The notes under the pieces: model-generated
Told to the model about the DNA's origin: nothing
What the model saw: only the letters and a program-made list of their open reading frames with translations
The model's database searches: none
In this document: one piece after another, positions 11,302 through 21,635 of the stretch
How positions within the stretch are numbered: position 1 is the stretch's first letter
Layout: each line of letters starts with the position of its first letter
Assembly (NCBI RefSeq): GCF_006345805.1
Contig: NW_021836494.1
Coordinates: forward strand, 1-23,414
Direction of reading: 5' to 3'
Origin: Octopus sinensis
Lineage: Eukaryota
Length of the DNA: 23,414 nucleotides
Translations under genes and position numbers: made by a program

Positions 11302-11337
<36 letters not shown>

Positions 11338-11384
11338 CAGTAGTAGTAGCCGTAGTGGTGAAGGTTACGGTGGTGGAATTGTTG

Positions 11385-11449
<65 letters not shown>

Positions 11450-11484
11450 TACTGCAGCAGCAGCAGCAGCAGCAGTAGTAGTAA

Positions 11485-11519
<35 letters not shown>

Positions 11520-11606
11520 CTGCAGCAGCAGCAGCAGCAGCAGTAGTAGTAATAGTAGTAGTAGTAGTAGTAGTAGTAGCAGTAGTTGTAGTAATAGTAG
11601 TAGTTA
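11177..11606. repeat. (GTA)n/(GCA)n microsatellite
   Basis: Read directly. Confidence 0.96.
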
Positions 11607-12081
11607 CTGTTGTGGTGATTTAGCCACGACGTAAGCCTTCACTACCCATACTTTATAAATAAAATACTTTCCAACCACGTCCGTCCCCGCTTTAAATTCC
11701 CCACCCCACCCGGCTTTGACTCACCCACCCCACCCCACCCCACCTCACCCCGCCACTCTTTTTCTCCCTCCCTCCTCATCCCTAGATATACTATCGAACA
11801 TGTTGCTCCCCTCTAAGTCCTTACGCTTTAATTTCAAGGAGATTTGGCTGCTATTTTTAGGAAGTCAATCGACCACTCAAAGGGACTTCTTTTTTGTGTT
11901 TTATTTATTTCAACATCCAGTGTCCATTTTTTTTTATCTCTGTTTACAATCTTCTCTCCATCCATCATTATCCTCGTTCCATATCTCTTCTGTTTCATTT
12001 TTGTCCTCCTCATTTTTATATTTTTAGACAGATACACCCCGAAAAAAAAATGATAAAATAATAATAATAATAATAAATAAT

Positions 12082-12401
<320 letters not shown>

Positions 12402-12631
12402 TTGGTCTAGAGCCAACGTGATTGCTTAACCTGTTACAAATAAAAGCAACATCCTCCTTGCAGAAAAACGGTGACAATGACAAGGCCACAGAAATGCGAC
12501 GAAAATTTTGACACATCAAGGGGAAAAAATGATAGGTACATGTAACGCAGCCGTTCTCAAGAATTTTTTATCCTGGAGAAATATATATATATATATATAT
12601 ATACGTATTCTTATATATACATATATGTGGG

Positions 12632-12830
12632 TCCGACCCCTCCACCTCACACGTCTTTCCTAATCAACCCCTTTTCCTCCTTCAAACGAGCCCGTAACCT
12701 GCGTGACTTCCTAGTCAACAGTTTCTACCCTACCCCCACCTCCTAGCCTTTTTCCTTCCCCTGCTCCCTCCCGTGCTGTCGCACCTGTCCCCACCTCTCC
12801 AATACCACCATCCTCACAGGCAACTCCTGA
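12632..12830 (+). mobile_element. Penelope-like element fragment (RT to GIY-YIG linker with Cys cluster)
   Basis: With one frameshift and a stop: SDPSTSHVFPNQPL/SSFKRARNLRDFLVNSFYPTPTS*PFSFPCSLPCCRTCPHLSNTT; R..NLRD.LV.S plus CxxxxCxxC is typical of Neptune-type PLEs. Confidence 0.75.
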
Positions 12831-13062
12831 GACATAATCGTTATTTTAAATTGTATTTTAGCAGTTTAAAGGCTTCACTGTATCTTCTCTTCATTAGGTA
12901 CTTCGCACTTATCTCCTGTCCTTGGATAACAAAAGTTCAATCTTCAAAAACTGACCTAATGTATGTAAAGTTACAGTAACAAGATTGAAGGAGGCTAAAG
13001 TTTCTCTCACAATCAACAGCTTCTTCAAAAGATTGTGAGAAACATAATCAGGGATAAACCAA

Positions 13063-14481
13063 CCCAAAAGTTCTGAGGTACGCTAAACCAACAATTTTGG
13101 AGTACGCTAGCCCAACAGTTTTGGGGTACGCTAGCCCAACAGTTTTGAGGTACGCTAGCTATGCCATCAGTTTGGGGTATGCTAACCCAACAGTTTTGAG
13201 GTACGCTAACCCAACAGTTTTAGGGTTCACTAACCCAACAGCTTTGGGGTACGCTAGCTAGGCCAACAGTTTTGAGGTTCACTAAACCAACAGTTTTGGG
13301 GTACACTAACCCAACAGTTTTGAGGTACGCTAGCCCAACAGTTTTGAGGTACACTAACCCAACAGTTTTGAGGTACGTTAGCCCAACAGTTTTGAGGTAC
13401 GCTAGCCCAACAGGTTTGAGGTACGCTAACCCAATAGTTTTGAGGTACGCTAGCCCAACAGTTTTGAGGTACACTAACCCAACAGTTTTGAGGTACGCTA
13501 GCCCAACAGGTTTGAGGTACGCTAACCCAATAGTTTTGAGGTACACTAAACCAACATTTTTGGGGTGCGCTAACCCAACAGTTTTGGGGTATGCTAGCCC
13601 AACAGTTTTAGGGTTCACTAACCCAACAGTTTTGAGGTACGCTAGCCCAAGAGTTTTGAGGTACGCTAGCCCAACAGTTTTGAGGTACACTAGCCCAACA
13701 GTTTTGAGGTACACTAGCCCAACAGTTTTGAGGTACGCTAGCCAACAGTTTTGAGGTACACTAGCCCAACAGTTTTGAGGTACCCTAGACCAACAATTTT
13801 GAGGTACGCTAACCCAATAGATTTGAGGTACGCTTAACCAACATTTTTGAGGTACGCTAGCCCAACAGGTTTGAGGTACGCTAACCCAATAGTTTTGAGG
13901 TACGCTAGCCCAACAGTTTTGAGGTACGCTAGCCCAACATTTTTGAGGTACACTAACCCAACAGTTTTGAGGTACGCTAGCCCAACATGTTTGAGGTACG
14001 CTAACCCAATAGTTTTGAGGTACACTAAACCAACAGTTTTGGGGTGCGCTAGCCCAACAGTTTTGGGGTATGCTAGCCCAACAGTTTTAGGGTTCACTAA
14101 CCCAACAGTTTTGAGGTACGCTAGCCCAACAGTTTTGAGGTACGCTAGCCCAACAGTTTTGAGGTACACTAGCCCAACAGTTTTGAGGTACACTAGCTCA
14201 ACAGTTTTGAGGTACGCTAGCCAACAGTTTTGAGGTACGCTAGCCCAACAGTTTTGAGGTACACTAGCTCAACAGTTTTGAGGTACCCTAACCCAACAGT
14301 TTTGAGGTACGCTAACCCAATAGATTTGAGGTACGCTAACCCAACATTTTTGAGGTACGCTAGCCCAACAGTTTTGAGGTACGCTAGCCCAACAGGTTTG
14401 AAGTACGCTAACCCAACAGTTTTGAGGTAAGCTAAACCAACAGTTTTCAGGCACGGTTACCCGTTTTGAGGTACGCTAAAC
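13063..14481. repeat. 24-bp minisatellite, about 59 units (cccaacagttttgaggtacgctag)
   Basis: Read directly; includes 23-nt variants and a higher-order duplication. Confidence 0.97.
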
Positions 14482-14796
14482 TAGTCAATGGTAAACTAAA
14501 TCCCGCCGGACTTTTTGAACAGCAAACCTAATGTAAAATTACCTTGAATACTTTTATTAGTGCGGCCCGCCTGATGATGAACCAGCTCCCTTGCTGCCCG
14601 CTTCTCGTAAATGGTTGCCCATGCCTGCACTAACCCAGCGGTTTGAAGGTACTCTACAGTTCTGAGGTACACTCACCCAACAATATACAATATTAATAAC
14701 GTTAAGACCTTATTCTATTCACTTTGGTGTAGTTCAGGTATTTGTATCTTTTTCTTACTGTTGTCTATGAGATGGCTATGTGTACCTCTTGTGAAT

Positions 14797-15425
14797 CAGC
14801 GTACCCAAAAACGTTTTGGTCAGCTTGTATGAATCAGTTTCGTTAGAGTACCTCAAACCGTTGAATTAACATATCTCAGAACTCTTGGAGTAGCTTCTTC
14901 AAAATATTCGGTTAGAGTACCTCGGAACTGTTGCATTCACGAATCTCGGAACTATTACGTTGGAGTACCTCAAAAACATTGGTTTAGAGTACCTCAGAAT
15001 CTCTCAGGGTGACCAGCAGACGACACTCAAATTCTGTCGAAACTGATTTCAACCATCTTCTTATTCAACCGAGTTATTTTGCATTCACGAACCTCAGAAA
15101 TGTTGCGTTAGAGTACCTCAAAAGTATTGGTTTAGAGTACCTCGAAAGTTCTCGTTTAGAGTATCTCAGAATCTCTCACAGTGATCAGCAGACGACACTC
15201 AAATTCAGTCGAAACTGATTTCAACCATCTTCTTCCGCCGAGTTATTTTGTGCTCGCGAACCTCAGAAATGTTGCGTTAGAGTACCTCAGAAGTATTGGT
15301 TTAGAGTACCTGAAAAGTACTGGTTTAGAGCACCTCAGAATCTCTCACGGTGATCAGCAGACGACACTCAAATTCAGTCGAAACTGATTTTAACCCTCTT
15401 CTTCTCCCACCGAGTAATTTTGTCT
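14797..15425. repeat. Inverted copies of the 24-mer, from about 14925 embedded in three 169-172-bp tandem units
   Basis: tttagagtacctcaaaagtattgg approximates the reverse complement of the 24-mer; cagcagacgacactcaaatt recurs at 15014, 15186, 15355. Confidence 0.92.
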
Positions 15426-15654
15426 GAAATAGCCTGTCGATAATTCTATGTCTGGGAAAAATTCCAGTCGACGCCAGAAGATGACGAATTTTTAAAATCA
15501 TTGGAAAGAATTTCCTCTGTTGTCCGGTGAAGTGGCTCGTGAGATGATTTGTGGAGTATTGTCAGCTTTTAAAGTGGTCAGTTCCGAACGCCATATTGTT
15601 GTTTGAAGTATGGGAAATAGTTTTTGAGTTCTATTATTGTTCGTATCACAAAGT

Positions 15655-17000
15655 GTATATGTATGTATGTATGTTATGTCTATGTATCAATGTATATGGG
15701 TATATGTATGTGTGTATGTTTTGGGTATGTATGCATGCATGTACGTATGTATGCATATATGTATGGATGTATTTATGAATGTAGGTACGTTATATGTATG
15801 TATATGTATATATGTATGTATGCATGAATGCATATACAAACGTATGTATCCATGACTGTACGTATTAATGTATGGATGTACGTATGTATGTATAAGTGTA
15901 TGTTGTACGTATGTATGCATGCATGTACGTATGCTTGTAAGTATGTATGTATGTATGTATGTATGTGTGTATGTATGTATGTATGTATGTATGTGTGTAT
16001 GTATGTATGTATGTATGTATGTATGCATGCATGTATGTATGTATGTATTATGTATGTATGTGTGTATGTATGTATGTATGTATGTATGTGTGTATGTGTG
16101 TATGTATGTATGTATGTATGCATGTATGTATGTATGTATGTATGTATGTATGTATGTATGTATGTTTATATATATGTATGTAAATGTATGTAGTGATGTA
16201 TGTATCTATGTATGTATGAATGTATGCATGTACATATGTATGTATGTATGTATGCATGCAAATGTATGTATGTATGTATGTATGTATGTATATATGTATC
16301 TATGTATGTATGCACGTATCTTCATATGAATATATGTAAATGTATGTATGTATTTATGTATGTGTGTAGGTATGTTTTATGTTTGTATGTGTGTTAGTAT
16401 GTATCTATACATCTGTGCACACACGTGCTCACAGATCCTGACGCACCTGCACACGCAAACGTATATGTATATGTAAACGTATATGAGAGTGTGTGCGTCG
16501 CTCACGTGTGTGTGGATGTCTATAACTATACATATACACATACAAATATACACACATATACACATTCCTACGTATATATGTACATACACACACATACGTA
16601 TGCACACAGGCATACATACATATAACACATACATACATGCATACATACATGTATACATACATATAGCATACATAGATGCATACATAGATATATACATACA
16701 TACATACATACATACATACACACATACATACATACTTATGTACATACGTATTGCATACATGCATACATATATACATACATACATTCATACATATATACAT
16801 ACATATATACATACATACATACATACATATCAATTACATACATATAACATACATACATGCACACACACATCCATCCATCCATACATTCACAAACACACAT
16901 ACATACATACACACATACACACACACATACATACATACATACATACATAATACAACATACATACATACATACATACATACATAAAGACACACATACATAC
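15655..17000. repeat. (TATG)n arm and (CATA)n arm in inverted orientation
   Basis: Polarity switches between 16410 and 16520. Confidence 0.95.
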
Positions 17001-17118
17001 GCCACAAATGATCACATTATCTGGAATTATAAAAATCTGCAAGACCTAAGATTTAAAGGAAGATAGTTAAAACAAGATACGTTCTTCACAACCTTGATAC
17101 CAAGTAAGTGGTTGGTCT

Positions 17119-17815
17119 TTACCAGTGCTGATTCCCAACATTTGTGAAAATCGATTGGTCTGTTGAAGAAATCCATTCCATAAACATTAAAACCCGCAAG
17201 ATTCTGTCATCAACTGGAAATCTCCACAGAAATAGTGATACCTATTTCTTCACTGCCCACAAGGTGCTAAACCCAGAGAGGACAAACAAGAACAGACAAA
17301 CGGATTATGTCGATTACATCGACCCCAGTGCGTAACTGGTACTTAATTTATCGACCCCGAAAGGATGAAAGGCAAAGTTGACCTCGGCGGAATTTGAACT
17401 CAGAAACATAAAGACAGGCGAAATACCGCTAAGCATTTCGCCCGTTGTGCTAACGTTTCTACCAACTCGTCGCCTTTTAGAAATAGTAATACCGACAGGC
17501 TCTACCTTAAGAAGAGACAAAGGATTTACAGGCTTAAGATCAGTGCGGACAATCTTTGAATGTTGCATAGTCTCTCCCTCTCTCTCTCTCTCTCTCTCTC
17601 AGACAGCACTTGCTAAACAACAGCAACAAAATTGAAGCGAACACTATCCTTCATGTTGGCAGCGAGCTCCTCAGGATGCTCTCTCTCCCTGGTGGCCTCC
17701 CATGCAACCCCAAATCAGCTGGACTAGCCTACCTCAATGGAGACCAGGATGAGAAACACTCCACATACAAAAAAAGATCATGCATGGCTATGTTCCCACA
17801 ACACTTGAAGAAGAG
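17119..17815 (+). pseudogene. Decayed R4/Dong-type RT thumb-region fragment, interrupted by a SINE-A
   Basis: LPVLIP/TFVKIDWSVEEIHSINIKTRKILSSTGNLHRNSD | RNSNTDRLYLKKR/GLRSVRTIFECCIVS...MHGY; DRLY...GL and K.MHG patterns of R4-clade LINEs. Confidence 0.75.
17242..17478 (-). mobile_element. Full SINE-A monomer (tail type A) with 14-bp target-site duplication
   Basis: agaaatagtgatac (17228-17241) and agaaatagtaatac (17479-17492) flank the element. Confidence 0.92.
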
Positions 17816-17822
17816 GGTAATA

Positions 17823-18756
17823 TTAATTTCGGATTTTGGTACAAGGCCAGCAAGCTCGGGGGAGAGGTAAATCGATTACATCGACCCCAGTATTTCACTG
17901 GTACTTAATTTATCGACCCCGAAAGGATGAAAGGCAAACACGACCTCGGCAGAATTTGAACTCAGAAATACTATTTCTTTACTACCCACAAGGGGCTAAA
18001 CAAAGAGAGGAAAAACAAGGACAGACAAACGGATAAAGTCGATTATATCGACCCCAGTGCGTAACTGGTACTTAATTTATCGACCCCGAAAGAATGAAAG
18101 GCAAAGTCCACCTCAGCGGAATTTGAACTCAGAACGTAACGGCAGACGAAATACCTATTTCTTTATTACCCACAAGGGGATAAACATAGAGGGGACAAAC
18201 AAGGACAGACATAGGTATTAAGTCGATTACATCGATCCCAGTGCGTAACTGGTACTTAATTTATCGACCCCGAAAGGATGAAAGGCAAAGTCCACCTCGG
18301 CGGAATTTGAACTCAGAACGTAACGGCAGACGAAATACCTATTTCTTTATTACCCACAAGGGGCTAAACATAGAGGGGACAATCAAGGACAGACATAGGT
18401 ATTAAGTCGATTACATCGATCCCAGTGCGTAAGTGGTACTTAATTTATCGACCCCGAAAGGATGAAAGGCAAAGTCCACCTCGGCGGAATTTGAACTCAG
18501 AACGTAACGGCAGACGAAATACCTATTTCTTTATTGCCCACAAGGGGCTAAACATAGAGGGGACAATCAAGGACAGACATAGGTATTAAGTCGATTACAT
18601 CGATCCCAGTGCGTAACTGGTACTTAATTTATCGACCCCGAAAGGATGAAAGGCAAAGTGGACCTGGGCGGAATTTGAACTCAGAACGTAGCGACAGACG
18701 AAATACCTCTAAGTATTTCGCCAGGCGTGCTAACGATTCTGCCAGCTCACCGCCTT
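17823..18756 (-). mobile_element. SINE-A pentamer: one head, four 184-nt bodies and a final body with tail type C
   Basis: Bodies 18523-18706, 18339-18522, 18155-18338, 17971-18154; fifth body 17823-17970; head 18707-18756. Confidence 0.95.
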
Positions 18757-18913
18757 AACGTAAGCTGAAAGAATATACGTTGTGGGAGTGAAAAAGCCAT
18801 CACATGACAGAATCCTGTCTACTGACTGGATGACACTTAATAAATGATGTATTGTGTCGAGACAACTCCATTTGTCTCGAAGTGAAACCTCTCTTGGACT
18901 CGTGATCGCTACT

Positions 18914-19338
18914 TTCTCTCTCTCTCTCTCTCTCTCTCTGTTTACTTGTTTCAGTCATTTGACTGTGGCCATGCTGGAGCACCGCCTTTAGTCTAGCAAA
19001 TCGACACTAAAACTTATTCTTTGAAAGTCTAGTACTTACTCTATCGGTCCCTTTTTGCCGAACCGCTAAGTTACGTGGACGTAAACACACCAGCATCGGT
19101 TGTCAAGCGATGTTGGGGGACAAACACAGACACACAAACACACACACACACAGACATATATGTACATATATACGACGGGCTTCTTTTAGTTTCCGTCTAC
19201 CAAATCCGCTCACAAGGCTTTGGTCGGCCCGAGGCTATAGTAGAAGACACTTGCCCAAGGTGTCACGCAGTGGGACTGAACCCAGAACCATGTGGTTGGT
19301 AAGCAAGCTACTTACCACACAGCCACTCCTGCACCTAT
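18914..19338 (-). mobile_element. Full-length SINE-C (tRNA head, CORE-like motif, (GA)n tail)
   Basis: Minus strand A box tggctgtgtggt, B box ggttcagtcc, accttgggcaagtg motif, GA-repeat tail. Confidence 0.88.
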
Positions 19339-19693
19339 CACAAAAATATAAGAAGATAGTGTTGAAAAATGTAAAGAACAATCTCCTGCCATTCGACAGG
19401 GAGTGCTCGTGACCCTCGACAGGACCTCCAAGATCGGAAGATTTTTTTTAACTGGAAACTTGGGACAAACGCTTACAACGGGGTGAACTCCTCTAAAGGT
19501 ACCCTGGTCTTATGTGATGACGTTAAACGGGACAACAGATTGATTCTACCTCGGAAGTAGACCAGGGTGGGATTTGAACTCAGAACGCAAACAGCCTGAA
19601 TGAATACCACAAGGACATAGGACCACTGTATTCTTTTGTGCTGCCAATCCTCACCGTGCCGGAAAAATTGCTTAGGAACATTTCTTCCGAACT

Positions 19694-19842
19694 TTATGTT
19701 CTGAGTTCAAATACCACTGGGATCAACTTCGCCATTCATCCTTTCGGGGTCGATAAAATAAATACCAGTGAAACACTGGGGTCGATGTAATCGACTTATC
19801 CTCTGCCCCCAAATTTCAGGCCTTGTGCCTATTGCAAAAACG

Positions 19843-19913
<71 letters not shown>

Positions 19914-19943
19914 CATTATTATCATTATTATTATTATTATTAT
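19694..19943 (+). mobile_element. 5'-truncated SINE-A (tail type B) with long (ATT)n tail
   Basis: ttctgagttcaaat...ggccttgtgcct then (ATT)n 19842-19943. Confidence 0.85.
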
Positions 19944-19945
19944 TA

Positions 19946-20095
19946 AGGCGGCAAGCTGGCAGAGTCGTTAGTAGGGCGACGGAAATGCTTAGCAGCATTT
20001 CGTCCGACTTCCCATTCTGAGTTCAAATGGCGCCGAGGTCGATTTTGCATTTCATCCTTTCGGCGTCAATTAAATAAACACCGATTGAGCACTGT
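19946..20095 (+). mobile_element. 3'-truncated, diverged SINE-A with head
   Basis: ggcggcaagctggcagagtcgttag...ttctgagttcaaat. Confidence 0.85.
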
Positions 20096-20127
20096 GCGCG
20101 CGCGCGTGTTTGCGTGTGTGTGTGTGT

Positions 20128-20320
20128 GGAGGCGCAATGGCCCAGTCGTTAGGGCAGCGGACTCGCGGTCGGAGGATAGCAGTTTCGATTCCCAGAGCAG
20201 GCGTTGTGTGTGTTTATTGAGCGAAAACACCTAAAGCTCCACGATGCTCCGGCAGGTGGGGGCGACCTCTGTTGTACTCTTTCGCCCCAACTATCTCTCA
20301 CTTTCTCTTCCTGTTTCTTG
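20128..20320 (+). mobile_element. SINE-B, 3'-truncated
   Basis: Aligns to 4248-4565 without the G-rich expansion. Confidence 0.85.
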
Positions 20321-20324
20321 AGTA

Positions 20325-20490
20325 ACGTGGAACAAATATAGTATTATTGGACGCTCAGGAAGGAAGGGAAGAAGGAGGGTTTAACGTTTCGAGCGGAGCT
20401 CTTCGTCGGAAACATAGGAGAATGAAAGATCCAGAGAAGGGAAGACGGAGGAAAAAAAATCGCCAACGGTACACACGCGGTCACATTTTG
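20325..20490 (-). mobile_element. Probable Penelope-like terminal (pLTR) fragment
   Basis: Carries a minimal hammerhead motif of the PLE type; pyrimidine-rich on the minus strand; no coding part. Confidence 0.55.
20379..20413 (-). ncRNA. Minimal type I hammerhead ribozyme motif (degenerate)
   Basis: Minus strand: GUUU [CCGACGA] A GAGC-UCC-GCUC GAAAC GUU^ AAAC; stem I GUUU/AAAC, stem II GAGC/GCUC, palindromic minimal stem III. Confidence 0.65.
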
Positions 20491-20492
20491 AA

Positions 20493-20536
20493 TGACGAAC
20501 GCCGTGCTACCCTAGACGGACCAGAAAGGTGGAGTA
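20493..20536 (+). mobile_element. Tc1 transposase fragment (DERRATLDGPERWS)
   Basis: About 90% identical to 21173-21215; ends at a TA. Confidence 0.8.
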
Positions 20537-20544
20537 TATATATA

Positions 20545-21525
20545 TACTGCTTGTCAAATTATTAAGCACCTCTGATTTTTTGAAATAATAGTATTCGTTT
20601 GAATTCAGATATTTTTTCACTGAATGATGGCAACATCTGCTTGCCCATGTTGTATAGTAAAATAATTTGGATCCGCGCAGATGTAAACAAATGGCAGCCA
20701 TTTTCGTGAAACAGCAACAATTTTACTGTCTTAAATTATTAGGCAAGTGCTCAATAAAAGTGTTATTATGGGCCAAAAACTTTGATTTAACATCAAATAG
20801 AAGTCCACCACAATCTCAGAGCTTGGAAAAACAGAAATGACATTGGAAGTATCAAAGATCCTGGGAAGAGGTCATTGAACTGTGAAGAAATTTGTGGAGT
20901 CTTCTGCTGTCTGTTTGAGGGCTGACAAGGGTAAATTGAGGGTTGTTTCCAGGCGTACCCTGTCACGTATAACGAGGGAAGATGCAAAGAATACCTGTCT
21001 GCCTGGTCGTGAAGTGTTTAAACGTTGTGATAGGGAAAACATTTTGAAATCTACCCGACGTTGCCTCCTGAAGCAGGTAACCAAGAACGTAAAACTTTTA
21101 CAAGGCTCCTTCTGAAGGGGCCAAAAGAGCAGAAGACTATATGAAGATAGATTTTTCAAAAGTCCTCTTTACTGACGAATGCCTGCTACCCTAGACGGAC
21201 CAGATGGGTGGAGTAAAGGATGGGTTGCAATTAGTGGCAATCATCCACATCGTTTGAGAAGCCAACAAAGGGGTGGCGGAATCACGATTTGGGCTGGCAT
21301 TATTGGAGACAGGTTGGTTGGTCCTTGGAAAGTTCCAGACGGAATTAAAATGACATCTACTGCCTATGTTGCCTTCTTGGAGGACAATTTTAAACCATGG
21401 TTGTAGAAGCAGAAAGTTTCATTACAGAGAACGCTGGTATTCATGCAAGATAATGCGCCCTCCCAGGCAGCAAAGAAACCCCTGGAAAACCTACAGCAAT
21501 TAGGCTTCCCTGGACACCGTTTTTA
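20545..21525 (+). mobile_element. Tc1-family transposon, 5' part with IR-DR-type end and decayed transposase
   Basis: Direct repeats tactgcttgtcaaattattaagcac (20545) and tactgtcttaaattattaggcaa (20724); ATG 20768; FSKVLFTDE, QQRGGGITIWAGI, VFMQDNAPS motifs; stops and frameshifts; third catalytic residue and right end absent. Confidence 0.88.
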
Positions 21526-21635
21526 ATGCATTTTAGTATTTAATGCGTTTTCCATTTATTGAGTAACTGAACGCCATGCATCCTGACTTTTGTTTACAAT
21601 AAGTTTATATATGTGTATGTGTGTGTGTATATATA

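Noticed and set aside
13000-13043. Imperfect hairpin just left of the minisatellite
   Set aside because: Short, with a bulge, and no counterpart at the right end of the repeat system.
13220-14454. Repeat-protein ORFs (LRYASPTV)n and (YLKTVGLA)n
   Set aside because: Openness follows from the 24-bp period; 23-nt units shift the frame and most variants are non-synonymous.
13063-15425. CRISPR-like array
   Set aside because: Units are contiguous with no unique spacers, the context is eukaryotic, and no cas genes are present.
15551-17066. MYVC and HTYI repeat ORFs
   Set aside because: TATG/CATA microsatellite translations.
18857-18880. Perfect 9-bp hairpin tcgagacaa/ttgtctcga
   Set aside because: About one such stem is expected by chance in 23 kb; no U tract or other context.
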